64,000 bases of DNA from Heptranchias perlo. Lineage: Eukaryota. Made by a program: the position numbers and the translations under genes. The notes beneath the pieces were generated by a model that did not search any database, had not been told where the DNA came from, and saw only the letters and a program-made list of their open reading frames with translations. This document shows, piece after piece, positions 13,480-26,269 of the stretch. Numbering within the stretch: the first letter of the stretch is position 1; each line of letters begins with the position of its first letter. The DNA is taken from assembly GCF_035084215.1 (NCBI RefSeq), contig NC_090340.1, positions 2,914,001 to 2,978,000 on the forward strand, written 5' to 3'.

Positions 13480-16400
13480 CTATAAAAGAATAAGAATACC
13501 ATATGGGGAAGTTTTCCACTTTCAACATGAATTGGCTACTCACAACGAGTCTCATTTTTCACTCAAACAAGTTGATACTTTTTTATGGACAAATTTGCAA
13601 TAACAATTGATTTCACTTTTCGCCATATGTCACTCTAGTAGCTAATTAGGTTACATTGTCATCAATCAACAGGTTCAGTTGTACAATCATTAGGAAATTG
13701 TCTGCATTTCTGCACAACTAAATTAGTACATTTTAATGGAAGTTGTTTTATTCCGTTGTAGTTTAATTTTATTAATAATCACAAGATAAACTTTGCATAA
13801 TTTCGAAAGGTCTCTTCACAGGATTACTGTAGCAAACGTATTTATTGAAAGCTTTTCAGATTCAAATCAATATGAAGATATTAACAATTTCTTATCGTTT
13901 TTTGCATGAGGTCTCTCCAACAACTGTCCAATTCTTCTTTTTGGTTCCAAGCCATTGGCATCCATTACTTCCTTGAGAATCTGTTCGCCACACTGCTTAT
14001 TGTAGTTATGTCTAAACTGTCTATGCCCCTTCCGTCTGCTAATCATAAACATGTGCTCCCTGGTTCTGGACTTCAGAAAAAAAATACCTCGGGGTTCACT
14101 GTCTTTATTCACTTCAGGATTTTAGGTAGGTTCTCCCTGAGAATTCTCCTCTCCAGAATAAGACATCATAGATTGACCAGTCTCTTGCTCATCGGCTTAG
14201 TCGAAATTTCAAGAATACATGTTCTGAATTGTTCTTGTATCTGCATATTCTTGTCTTAATATGGGGACCACAACTATACACAAACATCCAGATATGGCCG
14301 TAAGAATATGTGGAAAACGTCCTCGGGTTATTGATCCCACCCGCTGACTAGACTTCTCAGTATCTAGTTAAATTGCTTTACTACTACCCCACTTGCGCTA
14401 TTGGTCCCCATGAGCTTTACACTGATATCACTGGACCCCTGTCCTGTTTGCTGTGCCCTAGTGCTATTTGTTCATATTATCTTGCATTTTCTCATAGTAA
14501 GCACGATGTCCGACTCATCTGCTCACCTTATCAAGCTATCCAGTTACATTTCTATTTGGTTGACATGTTACGTCCTTTCAATCCAAACTCAATTTCACAT
14601 CATATGCGAAGTTCTACAACTTCATTTCTGTACCGAGTTTCAAATAATGTATGTGGTCTATAAACGTTAATGACCCGGGCACTGATTCCTATGCAGCCCC
14701 GCTGATATTGGCGCAGAACAATTGAAAGTAAAAGAACCAGAGGCGACATGAGGAAACACTTTTTTCTCAGCGAGTTATAATGATCTGCAATGCGCTGCCT
14801 GAAAATATGGTAATATGCAGGTTCAATAGTAATTTTCAAAAGGGAATTGGATAAATACTTGAAGGCATAAAATACAGGGCGATGGGGAAAGAGCAGGGGA
14901 ATGTGATTAAATGAATAACTCTTTCAAAGAGCTGGCACGGGCATGATGATCCGAATGGCCTCCTCCTGTGCTGTACCTACTATGAAAACTAACTACGTTC
15001 TTCTGCCTCTGGTTTATGCAATTTTCAAAACTATTGTTATGATTGTTTAAGGATCTGCAATTTTAAATAAATATAAAAATCGATCTATTGGTTGTCTATT
15101 ATCAGTGCAATGCAAGAGCATGGCATTAATGAATAATTTGAAAGCTCCGGTCAATTATTTTACCCATTTACAGTCGGCACATCTCCTATCGCTTAATAAT
15201 GTTTCACCAACGTAGGATTGATACTTGGAAATTGAAACAGAGATGGTTTGAAACAATTAATAATGCCTTACCTACAAAAGAGGCTGGCCTTAAAATGGTC
15301 GACAACAAGGAAAGCCAACAATAGAATTATTAACAAGCCAAATATTAATCTGGAAATCAAAGCAGCGCGAAGTCTGTAATCGGAACCTGTAAAATATATC
15401 GATATAGTTATGTGGCTCTGCTTTGTACGGAATATTCTTGTTGTAAAATTAATTCATTAAGTGTCACAAATAAAGAAGTGAGACAAATTAGTACTTCATT
15501 GCTACTACATGCATTTAATCAGAAGTTAACAACTTTGAACGATGGGGAAATAAACAATTTATTTGTGGGCTTGGAAGCATTTTTAAACAATATTGTTTGA
15601 GCTGTTCTTTAAATATTCGAACAGAGAGGCAGTAAACCCACGAACTTTCTTCAACCGTGCCTGCTCGTTATTTATAAATAGTTGATCGAGAGGAAAACTA
15701 ATCAAGGGAGATAATCTGAAATTGGTAAAGGAGTCCCTAATATCTGTATGATATTGATCGATATACTACGTGCAGTAACACGTTTGTTTGGTTCGAAAAC
15801 TGATTTCATCTTTATACTTACTGCACCTTAGTGCCATATTCATCATCCATGCATGTGGTATTCTCTGGGAAGAACCGTAGCGTAGCCATTTAATTTCTCC
15901 TTTCTCTGCGTTTCAGTAAAAAGAACGAGGAATGTTGTTGGCTGACAAATTTTCTGTGGTCCTAAACTAACATTCCGATTCACTATTTGTAACGTTCTAC
16001 GTGTTTAGGTGATGTATTTTACTGAACACGGACAAATGTTTTATATTGATACAGTTCTCTTGTTTTTTATTTGCACCCCGTGATACGTTACTTGCTACCG
16101 AGTAACACAATGACTTTCTCGGGGAAACAGGAAGTCCAATAAATGAGACCTTTCCAGCATCACACGCGTCGTCCAAACACCAATTAGGATTTCGTCAATT
16201 AGTCTGTAATATTCCATAAACGCCAGTTCAGGACTGTTTTATAATTTGTTCGAGACGATAAGAATGAGCAATGAAAGTTAAGAAAATAATGTTAAATGTT
16301 TTCTTCTAACACGGCGTGACTCTGGTAAAAGTGTGGCATTTATTCTGAGCGATGTGCTTTTTTGGGGCATTTAACGAGATACCGCATCGCCTATTATCAA

Positions 16401-19400
16401 AACGTATCAAAATAAAATTACTTCTGTATTCAAAGCGCTAACAGAGTCATTTGGCATGTTTGTGCAGTACTATTATAAATTATCAATTATAATTATCATA
16501 TACTGCACATTTAAAACGTATTCAAATACATAAATCATTTCTAAGCAAAAATTAATCAATACAAATCGAATTCTTTGAGTTAAATCTGGATGAATAATCA
16601 TATAAAAAAAGACTATGTATGTGGTATGAGATGAATAGACTCCCTTGAAATGGCGGAATACCGCGTGATTGCAACATGTGTAACGGATTCGTTATCTACA
16701 TTAATTAGAAATAGATGCAAGTTCTACAGTGTTATTACACATTCTTAAAATAAATATTACTTTGGATTTGCATATTTTATTGAAATGTTATTACTTAAAG
16801 ATAATTACAGCAAAGAAGGAAGGAAAGGCAGAAAGAAGGAAAGAAAGAAAAATAGAAAGAAATGAAGCATGACTGAACGTATGAATAAATATAGGCACAC
16901 TCGAAATCCTATTTGAGCACAGTTAGATCCCACAAACTGACAAAAAAAAAAGTGTTTTTGTTGATGGTGATTGAAGAAGAAACCTTGGTCAGCACCGTGA
17001 AATTTTCTGATCTTTGAAATACTCCCTGCTAAGCAGCGAAGCGCTTGGTTTAAGGTCGGATCGTCAAGACCGCTGCTAAAATTTAGGGGGGGGGGGTTCT
17101 TCCGATCTACTGACATAACTTCGGTGATAGATCGGCTGAACCCCCTGAAAGAAGTGTTCTTTCGGGGCTTCCATCGTCTCATTTGTCGATCTTTATGCGG
17201 AGGAACTGGAGAACGTCCTTGAACTATAAGCACAAGTTGTTACTTTAAAGGGCAGCCGGTTTAACGGGCAGACCATCATAGGTTTTTTATATTTTTTCAC
17301 TTAAGTATCTGATCAAAGCAACATCTGACGCCAGGACGGATGGATGAGCCGCTCGCATGGTCTCTGCTTATCTTTATTACCCACGTGGAAGCTGTTCTGC
17401 CCTCATCTGCGGCGTCCTCTCAGAGAAGCGGAGATCAATTGGCCCCGCTGATGATTGAGTAATATCACCTGTTGGGTCTTCACTCCCAAGCTTGATGTCG
17501 TACATTCAAACATAGTGCGATCAAAACCCGGGGAACTATATAGAATTACATAGAATTTTACAGCACTGAAACTGGCCATTCGGCCCAAACGATCCATGCC
17601 GGTGTTTATGCTCCACACGAGCATCCTCCTACCCCACTTCATCTAACCTTATCAACATATCCTTCCATTAATTTCTCCCTCATTTAACTTTCTAGTTTCC
17701 CCTTAAATGCATCTATGCTATTCGCATCAACCGCTCCATGTGGAAGCGAGTTCCACATTATCACCACTCTCAAAGTAAAGAAGTTGCTCCTGAATTCCTT
17801 TATGGATTTACTAGTCACAATCTTATATTAATATCCTGTAGTTTTGGACTTGCCCACAAGTAGAAACGTCTTCTCTACATCTGCCCTATCGACCCCCTTC
17901 ATAATTAAAGACCTTTATCAGGTCATTTCTCAGTCATTTTTCGAGAGAAAAGAGCGCCAACTTTCTCAGACCCTCCTATATAAGCGTTCCTCAGAACCAC
18001 GGGTTAGTTACCACTTTAAAATGTTAATTCTGGCTTGAAATTCAGCGGAGGCTCTCCCAGTTTCCCGCCCTAACTTCGACAAGACACCAGAGAGAATTTG
18101 CGCCAATAGATCTTTAGGCCGTTTCTCTGAGGGTTTCCCGGGCCTTAGGCAGAAAGTCTAGATTGCCCCGCAGAATGTCAGAGACAGCTTTTTTTAAATT
18201 AACATTAAAAAGTACATCTATTGAAATAAGATGAGTCTAAACACTGAAGAAAATCAGAGCAAGCAGATAAGGTCCGTTATGAATTACAAAGCAAAAATAG
18301 AATCATGTTCAAAATTACAATACCTGGTCTATCAGGATAAATGCAACACGAAAGTAACAGATATGGTACCAAAAGTGATCTGCATTAAAAAATTCAGGAA
18401 TAAAATAATGGGGGAAATTCAACTGGTATTGAATTCCCTTTGTTTTATTTTACGATGAACAATGGATAGAATATTAATACGAACTCAAACACGTACGTTA
18501 TATATTACGTTACAGTTTAGGTGAAGTATTTATTATGAGCCAGAATGCACCTTAACTATCTGGTTTAGAAATCAATATTTTTTTAATTAATACTGTCACT
18601 ATATGCTTTTCAATGGTCGTGGCTGTGTCATATTAATGACCAAACATAACTTTAACCGTTCGCACAGTTCTCTGTATCAGTAAAAATGTCGGCATCTTAC
18701 CTGGTTTAAAACTGGAATCAAAGTAAACAGCCATAGCTGGACTCCGCAGAGTGAGGTGAGACACCAGACATGTATATACAGCCCCGCTCTTCGTAGTCTG
18801 TGCCGCTTTCAAACAGCTGGAAGCTTCATACAGTCCCTCCGAATTCAGCTTCATAATGGTATTTATCCCAGTCACAATGTTCATGTGATCTTCATACCAA
18901 GTAAAGGTGAGAACCTCCGGGTAGAATTCGGCCGTTTCACATATGAGAGTCAAAGCAGATGAGTTTTCTTCAGCTATTTTCGGCACTATCCGTAACGGAG
19001 CTGGAGAAGCTATAGAACACGTTAGAGGGAAATTAGAACGCTATTATATTTTTGTTCCACCTCTTTCAACTGGGGAGCATGACTTCAAAGACGCCAAAAA
19101 TGGATACATATAGTATTAAATGTGCCCCTGCTTTGCTTTAAAAGGACGTAAATATAAAAGAAAATATGTAAGAATTTTTAAAATAATGAATATTTGGAAT
19201 AATAATCATAACAAATGAATGTTGTGGTTATGGAAGCGTTGAGCAGAGACTAAAGTATTTGTCTTTTATTCCTTCTTGAATTTTATACATATTAGGAAGC
19301 AGTCTTTAAGACTATTAAATAAAACTGGCAGAGATGTTAAAATGGATTATATTTATAAATTTGAATTCCGTGTTATTTGAATGAGCCTTGGGTGTCTATG

Positions 19401-20134
19401 AGCAATTACACTGATGAAATTATTATCAACATGCCCGACTTGACAATGCAAACACGTACACATAAAAAGAATGTACTATAGTTAGTTCTCAGAGGACAAT
19501 ACGCCGCTTTTTCGGGGTTTCTGTAGCTCGACTGTCGAAGTTCTGACGGACGAACGGGAGAGACCCCGCGGATAATCATCCCCAAAATTTGCAACATATC
19601 AAAGTTATAGAATACGCCTTATGAAATGGTTAGAATGTATTTGAATTTCTCACGGATATCTGCAATTGTACCATTGTCACTCACCGTGAACAACAAGCCT
19701 CGACCCAGTGCCGCTTTCCATTCTATTTCCCCGCTGTCTCACTCCACAGAAATAGACCCCGGAGTCCTCAACACGGGCAGATACAAGCTCCAATGAGGAA
19801 CTTCCTTTGTAAAAGATAAATTTAATTCTGCTGTTTGACCCCGATTGAAGAAATGTTGTTCCTCCAAGTCTCCACCAATGAACAGTCGCGTCTGAATTAT
19901 TTTCGAAAGATGTTAATGTGCAATTAAAGGTAATGTTTGCACCAGAGATCACATTCGTACTTTCAGGGGTTTGGGATACTTTGGGCAGAGCAGCAGCAAG
20001 AACTGTTAGGAAAAAAATATATAAATATCAGCGGCATATATGGTGGAGCACGGAAAATGAAAGAAAGAAACAAATATACCTGTGTGAATGATCCACAGCA
20101 GCGGCGCGCACTGAACCAGAGAGGTCAGCAACAT
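13382..20134 (-). CDS. Gene A (whole): type I membrane VJ-C1 IgSF receptor, NKp30/SIRP/antigen-receptor-like, activating-type TM, about 268 or 294 aa
   Basis: Exons 20134-20080, 20002-19685, 19009-18701, 15386-15272 and 13479/13469-end splice in frame with GT-AG introns. Confidence 0.8.
14720..14985 (+). mobile_element. CR1 3'-end fragment (intronic)
   Basis: AAAAGAACCAGAGGCGACATGAGGAAACAC...GAATGGCCTCCTCCTGTGCTGTA is CR1 3'UTR sequence. Confidence 0.75.
15272..15386 (-). CDS. Gene A transmembrane exon (GSDYRLRAALISRLIFGLLIILLLAFLVVDHFKASLFCR)
   Basis: Acceptor ATATTTTACAG|, donor AG|GTAAGG. 115 nt, phase 1 in and phase 2 out. Open frame with a roughly 20-aa hydrophobic helix containing an Arg. 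Confidence 0.82.
17535..17990 (-). mobile_element. CR1 3'-end fragment (intronic)
   Basis: Tail ATAGAATTACATAGAATT followed by the reverse complement of CR1 3'UTR and ORF2 end. Confidence 0.75.
18701..19009 (-). CDS. Gene A C1-set Ig domain exon
   Basis: Acceptor TTCTATAG|, donor G|GTAAGA. 309 nt, phase 1/1. C1 hallmarks LICETAEFYPEVLTFTW, GLYEASS and YTCLVSHLTL..P. Confidence 0.92.
19685..20002 (-). CDS. Gene A V-set Ig domain exon, germline-joined VJ type
   Basis: Acceptor TTTTTTCCTAACAG|, donor G|GTGAGT. 318 nt, phase 1/1. Motifs VSQTP, ITFNC, VHWWR, LEL...DSGVYFC and a J-like GTGSRLVV. Confidence 0.92.
20080..20134 (-). CDS. Gene A leader (signal peptide) exon MLLTSLVQCAPLLWIIHT
   Basis: ATG at 20134, donor ACAG|GTATAT. 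55 nt, phase 1, with a 77-nt intron to the V exon. Same length as the gene B leader. Confidence 0.8.
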
Positions 20135-22357
20135 GTCCAACAATGTAAGATGACCGCTTATAGGGAAAAGAAGGGGATTGAATGCAACGTGATGGAAACT
20201 TTGCAAGTATAGAAAGTGATAGTACAAGCTTTTAGCTGGATGTCATAAGCGCAGACATTTCCGTTGGACCTGTAGATGGCGCCGAATTCTAAATATAAAG
20301 TGGAGCCACGTCTTAACAACAGAAAATAGCTGAGCCAAAAGATTGACCGTCTCCCACACGTGAAATGAAGTAACGGTACAGCTATTGCATGACATCAGGT
20401 ATCAAACGAACTTGATTGTCAATTACAGTTTATTAACGACATATTTTACCATAGGCGATGACAATGGCAAACCGCCGCCTTCTACGGTGCCACTGCTTTT
20501 CACTTAATATTATATTTATTTTGATATTTGTAACTGAGTCCATTAAGTGTCACGAGTCTCCATTCTAGCAAAAATTACATGGAAACCGAACTTTTGCCTG
20601 CAGCAGCAATCTCTAACCGTACGATGCCTGGTCTGATAACATTGATACTTGTTGTAACATCTAGGAACTGAAATTCTGTGGTACTGCCACCGGTGTCCCG
20701 CCGGAAACTTGGCGGAGGACCGGCAATAATCACAGAGAAATTGTACAAAAGGCCGTTTGCATCGTTTCCCGATCTGCTACTGGGAAACCAGGACAGTGCT
20801 GTCCCCGGCGGAATCTCCAACTATGAAAGACTTTTTTTCCATCTCTCTCGCCTGTGAACTCGGCCAACCGCTTGAAGCTTTCTCCAAGGGAGTACTGATA
20901 GCAGAAAAAAACATGCGGTTGTCTGGCACCTACTCGGCGCCAGCCATACATAACTAGGGACCATACCGAATTAGTGTGAACTCTCCGAAAATGGGGGATG
21001 TTGCCACTTCCTGACATAAAATATGTTCCACAACAGCATAGTTCTGGAAGTGCGCTCCTGCGGAGCTGGTGAAAGCTGTCTGAGATCACCAACCTATAAT
21101 ATTAAATTCAAGGGCCTGGGGAACGACTAAGGGTCGCCAACACCTTGCTTGCAAGGAGTAAACACGTTTCCATAGAGATTTACTGCAAAACTGGTACACA
21201 TGAAAACAACGAAGAAAGGGCCAAATCTGTGCCTTTAAATAAAGGCGCGCCCTGATTAAGCCTACCTTTGTATAAGATGAGCTTTTGCAACAGAGATCAA
21301 ATATAGGTCACCTGAACGGAAAAACAAGTCCGCGGTGAAAAAGGTTTGTAACCTGAAAATGAATGTGTAAAGAGGCCGATGTGAGAATTGTGAAATTGGA
21401 CGTGTTGTTGTCAACTGGCGGTGTCAAATGTTTGGTTAACATTTGTTGTCAGATCGTTTTAATCATATTACGTAAATCGAGAAATCGTTTCAACCAATTA
21501 AAATCTGTCCAACAAAATCAGTTTCTGATTTTACACAATTGACAAACAAGAATCACAGTTCACAAAACACAACCATTCAGATAGTGATAAAAAATACTTT
21601 CGGTCGCCAAGAAAATGTCTCCATTCCCCAAACCTCCCCCAAACCTCAGTCCAGTTGGACTCCCTGTCCGACCAGTGGCTCGAAGCCCCGATCCTTCAAG
21701 GTTCAGGCCACTTTTTCGGGTCCACTGCTTTTTTCCCCTGATCGGTACCGTGACCGGTTCCCACGATTTCCAAGCCATCGCATCGGTCTCCAGTCGACCT
21801 CTGTGCCCAGTCCCCAGTGTCAGATTTCCTGCTACCTCTAAGTTAGAATCCCTGTTTCTGCAGGAGATTTTCTATATTCATCTTTTACTTAAGCTGCAGA
21901 TAAGCGGTTCCCACCCCTTTCCAAGGAAAAACAGACATAAACGGCAGATAATATGGGAGGGGGAGTTCCGGACCATTTCCGATTGACTTTAAGACCGAGC
22001 TCTCTATCGGCCCGTTTACAAAATGGACTGAGTAATGGCCAATGCGTTAAATCTTTTTCATCATTCGCGGTGACGTGATCTAATCAGAAACACTGAAAGG
22101 GGGAAAATGATTCTTCTTCTTAATTAAGAAATTGTGATTTACTGCTTCTCATAAATATGATTGCCTGGAAATCTTTGGTCAAGATGAGCCTGAATTGCCT
22201 AACCCCATTGAAAGTGTCCTTGGTTCATTGTGGCCTGAATTGGCAGCCCATGCATATTCTGATCAGCTTGCCTACGAAAGCATTAAGTTACAAGAAAAAT
22301 AAATTAGTTCAAGTGGTTAAAATGTCAGCAAATACTATTTATGGTGAAATAGTTCAA

Positions 22358-23401
22358 CAGATGGTAATGGTTGTTGGAGGCCAATCATCTCAGCCCCAGG
22401 ACATTGCTGCAGGAGTTCCTCAGGGCAGTGTCCGAGGCCCAACCATCTTCAGCCATCATAAGGTCAGAAATTGGGATGTTCGCTGATGATTGCACAGTGT
22501 TCAGTTCCATTCGCAACCCCTCAGATAATGAAGCAGTCCATGCCAACATGCAGCAAGACCTGGACAACAAACAGGCTTGGGAAGATAAGTGGCACGTAAC
22601 ATTCGCACCAGATAAGTGCCAGGCAATGACCATCTCCAACACGAGAGAATCTAACGACCTCCCCTGGACATTCAACGGCATTACTATCGCCGAATCCCCC
22701 ATCATCAACATCCTGGGGGGTCACCATTGACCACAAACTTAACTGGACAGTCCACATAATTACTGTGGCTACAAGAGCAGGTCAGAGGTTAGGTATTCTG
22801 CGGCGAGTGACTCACCTCCTGACTCCCCAAATCCTTTCCACCATCTGCATCTCCACTACAAGGCACAAGTCAGGAGTGTGATGGAATGCTCTCCACTTGC
22901 CTGGAAGAGTGCAGCTCCAACAACACTCAAGAAGATCGACACCATCCAGGACAAAGCAGCCCGCTTGATTGGCACCCCATCCACCCCCTCAATTCACTCC
23001 CTCCACCACCGGCGCACTGTGGCTGCAGTGTGTACCATCCACAGGATGCACTGCAGCATCTCGCCAAGACTTCTTCGACAGCACCTCCCAAACCCACGAC
23101 CTCTATCACCTAGATGGACAAGAGCAGCAGGCACATGGGAACAACACGAACTGCACGTTCCCATCCAAGTCACATACCATCCCGACTTGGAAATATACCG
23201 CCGTTCCTTCATCGTCGCTGGGTCAAAATTCTGGAACTCCCTTCCTAACAGCAGTTTGGTAGAACCTTCACCACACGGACTGCAGCGGTTCAAGAAGACG
23301 GATCATCACCACCTTCTCAAGGGCAGTTAGGGATGGGCAACAAATGCCGGCCTCGACAGTGACGCCCACATCCCATGAAAGACTAAAAACAAAGAATGAA
23401 T
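22358..23401 (+). mobile_element. 5'-truncated copy of the EN-RT LINE family seen at 34717-37925
   Basis: GVPQGSV, MFADDCTVF and KFWNSLP motifs. 3' end CCCACATCCCATGAA...GAATGAAT. Confidence 0.85.
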
Positions 23402-26269
23402 CATGCGTTCAAACATTGAAGGATACTGCTGTATTGAAAACTTTGGAAAAGAAAATTTATTGTGGTTTCTTTCTACAGCCTTTGAGGATGTTTCAGGGAG
23501 GAAACATTCCAGGATGGTATGTGACCTCTCTCGTGCCAGGGTCATGGATGTTACTGATCTGCTACAGGACATTCTGAAGGGGGAGGGTGAACAGCCAGAT
23601 ATCGTGGCAGCAACGACACAGGGAAAAAGAGGGATGAGGTCCTGCAAGCAAAATATAAGGAGTTAGGGAATAAGTTAAAAAGCAGAACCTCAAGGGTAGT
23701 AATCTCAGGATGACTCCTAGTGCCACGACCTAATGAGTAAAGGAATAGGAGAATACACTAGATGAATGCGTGGCTGAGGGGTTGTTGCAGGATGGATGGA
23801 TTTAGATTCGTGAGGAATTGGGACCGATTCTGGGGAAGGTGGGACCTGTACAAGCCGGACGGGTTGCACCTCAAAAGATCCGGGACTAATATCCTTGCAG
23901 GGGGTAGGGGGTGGGGGTGGTGGTGGTGGTTGCTACTGCTGTTGGGGAGGGTTTAAATTCGAATGGCAGGGGGATGGGAACCTGAGCGGGGAGTCAGAAG
24001 AGAGCAAATTTGAAAGCAGCAAGAGAGGGGAGGACCCAGGGAAATTTACAATACAAATAGTGCAAATAGTTGTTCAAGAACAAGTGAAAGGGAAAAGCGT
24101 AGAACAAATTAGGCACGACAGATAAAGTGAAAACTAGAAGGCAAAGAGCGATTAACCCAGCATCAAAGCTAAAGGACAGGTTAGGGTGTGTGGCCCATCT
24201 AAGTTCTATACAGAAAAGTACGGAGTATAAGGAATAAATTAAATGAAATACAGACACAACTTCAAATTGGAGGGTATGACATGATAGCTATTATTGAGAC
24301 ATGACTGCAGGATGGTCAGGATTGGGGACTAAATATACCAGGTTGTAAGGTCTACTGGAGAAATAGGGAAAATGGAAGAGGGGGAGGACAGCCTTAGTGA
24401 TTAGATATTAAATCACTTCAATGATAAAGGAGGATATAACGAGAGGTAAACAGCCAACAGAGACATTATGGGCTGAATTATGAAATAGGAAAGGATGTAG
24501 GAGTTGTGTATAGGACCCCTGGCAGCAGCTCTGAAGTGTTAGATTGTATAAATGCAGAGGTTAGACAAGCGTGTAACATAGGCATAGTGATCATAATGGG
24601 GACTTTAACCTTCACATAAATTAAGGAAAGCAGACTTGCAACTGTCAGAAACGTAGTGAATTTCTTGAATGTGTCCGGGATAGTTTTCTACAGCAGTATG
24701 TCCTAGAGGCAACAAGGGGGCAAGCCATACTAGATTTAGTAGTGAGGAATGAACCAGATTTAGTTATCAGCTTAACTGTGCGTGAACATCTATCCAATAG
24801 TGATCATAACATAATCGAGTTCAATGTAGTGTTCGAAAAGGAAAAAAAAGTGAATCAGCTGCTATGATTCTAGACTTGGGTAACGTCGATATCAATGGGA
24901 TGAGACAGAGACTGTCCACAGTAAACTGAGCAAATCTGTTAATGGGTAAAACGACTGATGATAAGTGGGAAATGTTTAAAAAGACATTTGACGTGATACG
25001 GAACCACTTTATACCCCTGAGGGGCAAGAACTCTACTTGCCAAAAAATAAAGCAGCCATGAACAACTAAATAGGTAAGGGACAGTATAAGACATAAGGAA
25101 AGGTCATGCAAAAAGGCTAAAATGACACATATCCTGGCGAATGGGAAAGATACAAAGATCAACAAAGGGTCACAAAACAAATAGTAATAACTACAAAAAG
25201 AGAGTATGAAAAGAAAGTTGCAAGGGATATCAAAACCAAAACGAAGAACTTTATAGTTATATTACGATAAAGAGGGTGGTCAGGAGCAATGTTGGCCGCT
25301 TAAAAACTGAAAGTGGGGATATTGTCATTGACAATGGGGACATGGCGGACATGTTGAATAATTACTTTGAGTCAGTATTTACAATGGAAAAAGAGGATAG
25401 CATGCTGGAAATCCCAAGAAAACGAACATTTAATCGGCGACAGGCACTCAATAAAATCAACATAAGTGAAACAACAGTAATGAAGAAAATAATAACACTA
25501 AAGAGTGACAAAATCCCAGGACCAGATGGTTTCAATCCCAGAGTTTTAAAGGAAGTAGGTGAGCACATTGCAGATGTCCTAACTATAATCTTTCACAATT
25601 CTCTAGGTTCAGGAACCGTCCCTCTAGATTTGAAAATTGCACATGTTACTCTGCTTTTTAAGAAAGGAGGGAGAGGGAAACCAAGCAATTATCGACCAGT
25701 TAGCCTAACATCTGTTGTGGGGAAAATGCTGGAATCTATAATTAAGGATAGGTGACTGAACACCTCGAAAATTTTCAGTTAATTAGAGAGAGCCAGCGTG
25801 TATTTGTGAAAGGTAGTTCGTGCCTGACAAATCTGATTGAATTATTTGAAGAGTTGACTAAAGTAGTGGACAGAGGAATGCCAATTGATGTTATTTATAT
25901 GGACTTCCAGAAGGCATTTGTTGAAGTCCCACATAAGAGACTGTTAGCTAAGATAGAAGCCCATGGAATCGAGGGAAAAGTACGGACTTGGTTAGGAAGT
26001 TGGCTGAGCGAAAGGCGACAAAGAGTATGGATAATGGGTAGGTTCTCATATTGGCAGGATATGACTAGTGGAGTCCCGCAGGGATCTGTCTTGGAGCCTT
26101 AATTATTCGCAATATTTATAAACGACTTAGATGAAGGCATATAAAGTCATACAGTCATAGAGTCATAGAGTTATACAGCACGGATAGAGGCCCTTCGGCC
26201 CATCGTGTCCGCGCCGGCCATCAAGCCCTGTCTACTCTAATCCCATATTCCAGCATTTGGTCCGTAGCC

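Noticed and set aside
18701-20002. Calling the genes TCR, Ig light chain, NCR3 or SIRP by symbol
   Set aside because: There are no RSS or separate J segments and no TCR-type TM motif. NKp30 lacks a C1 domain and classical SIRPs have two. Orthology cannot be settled without phylogeny.
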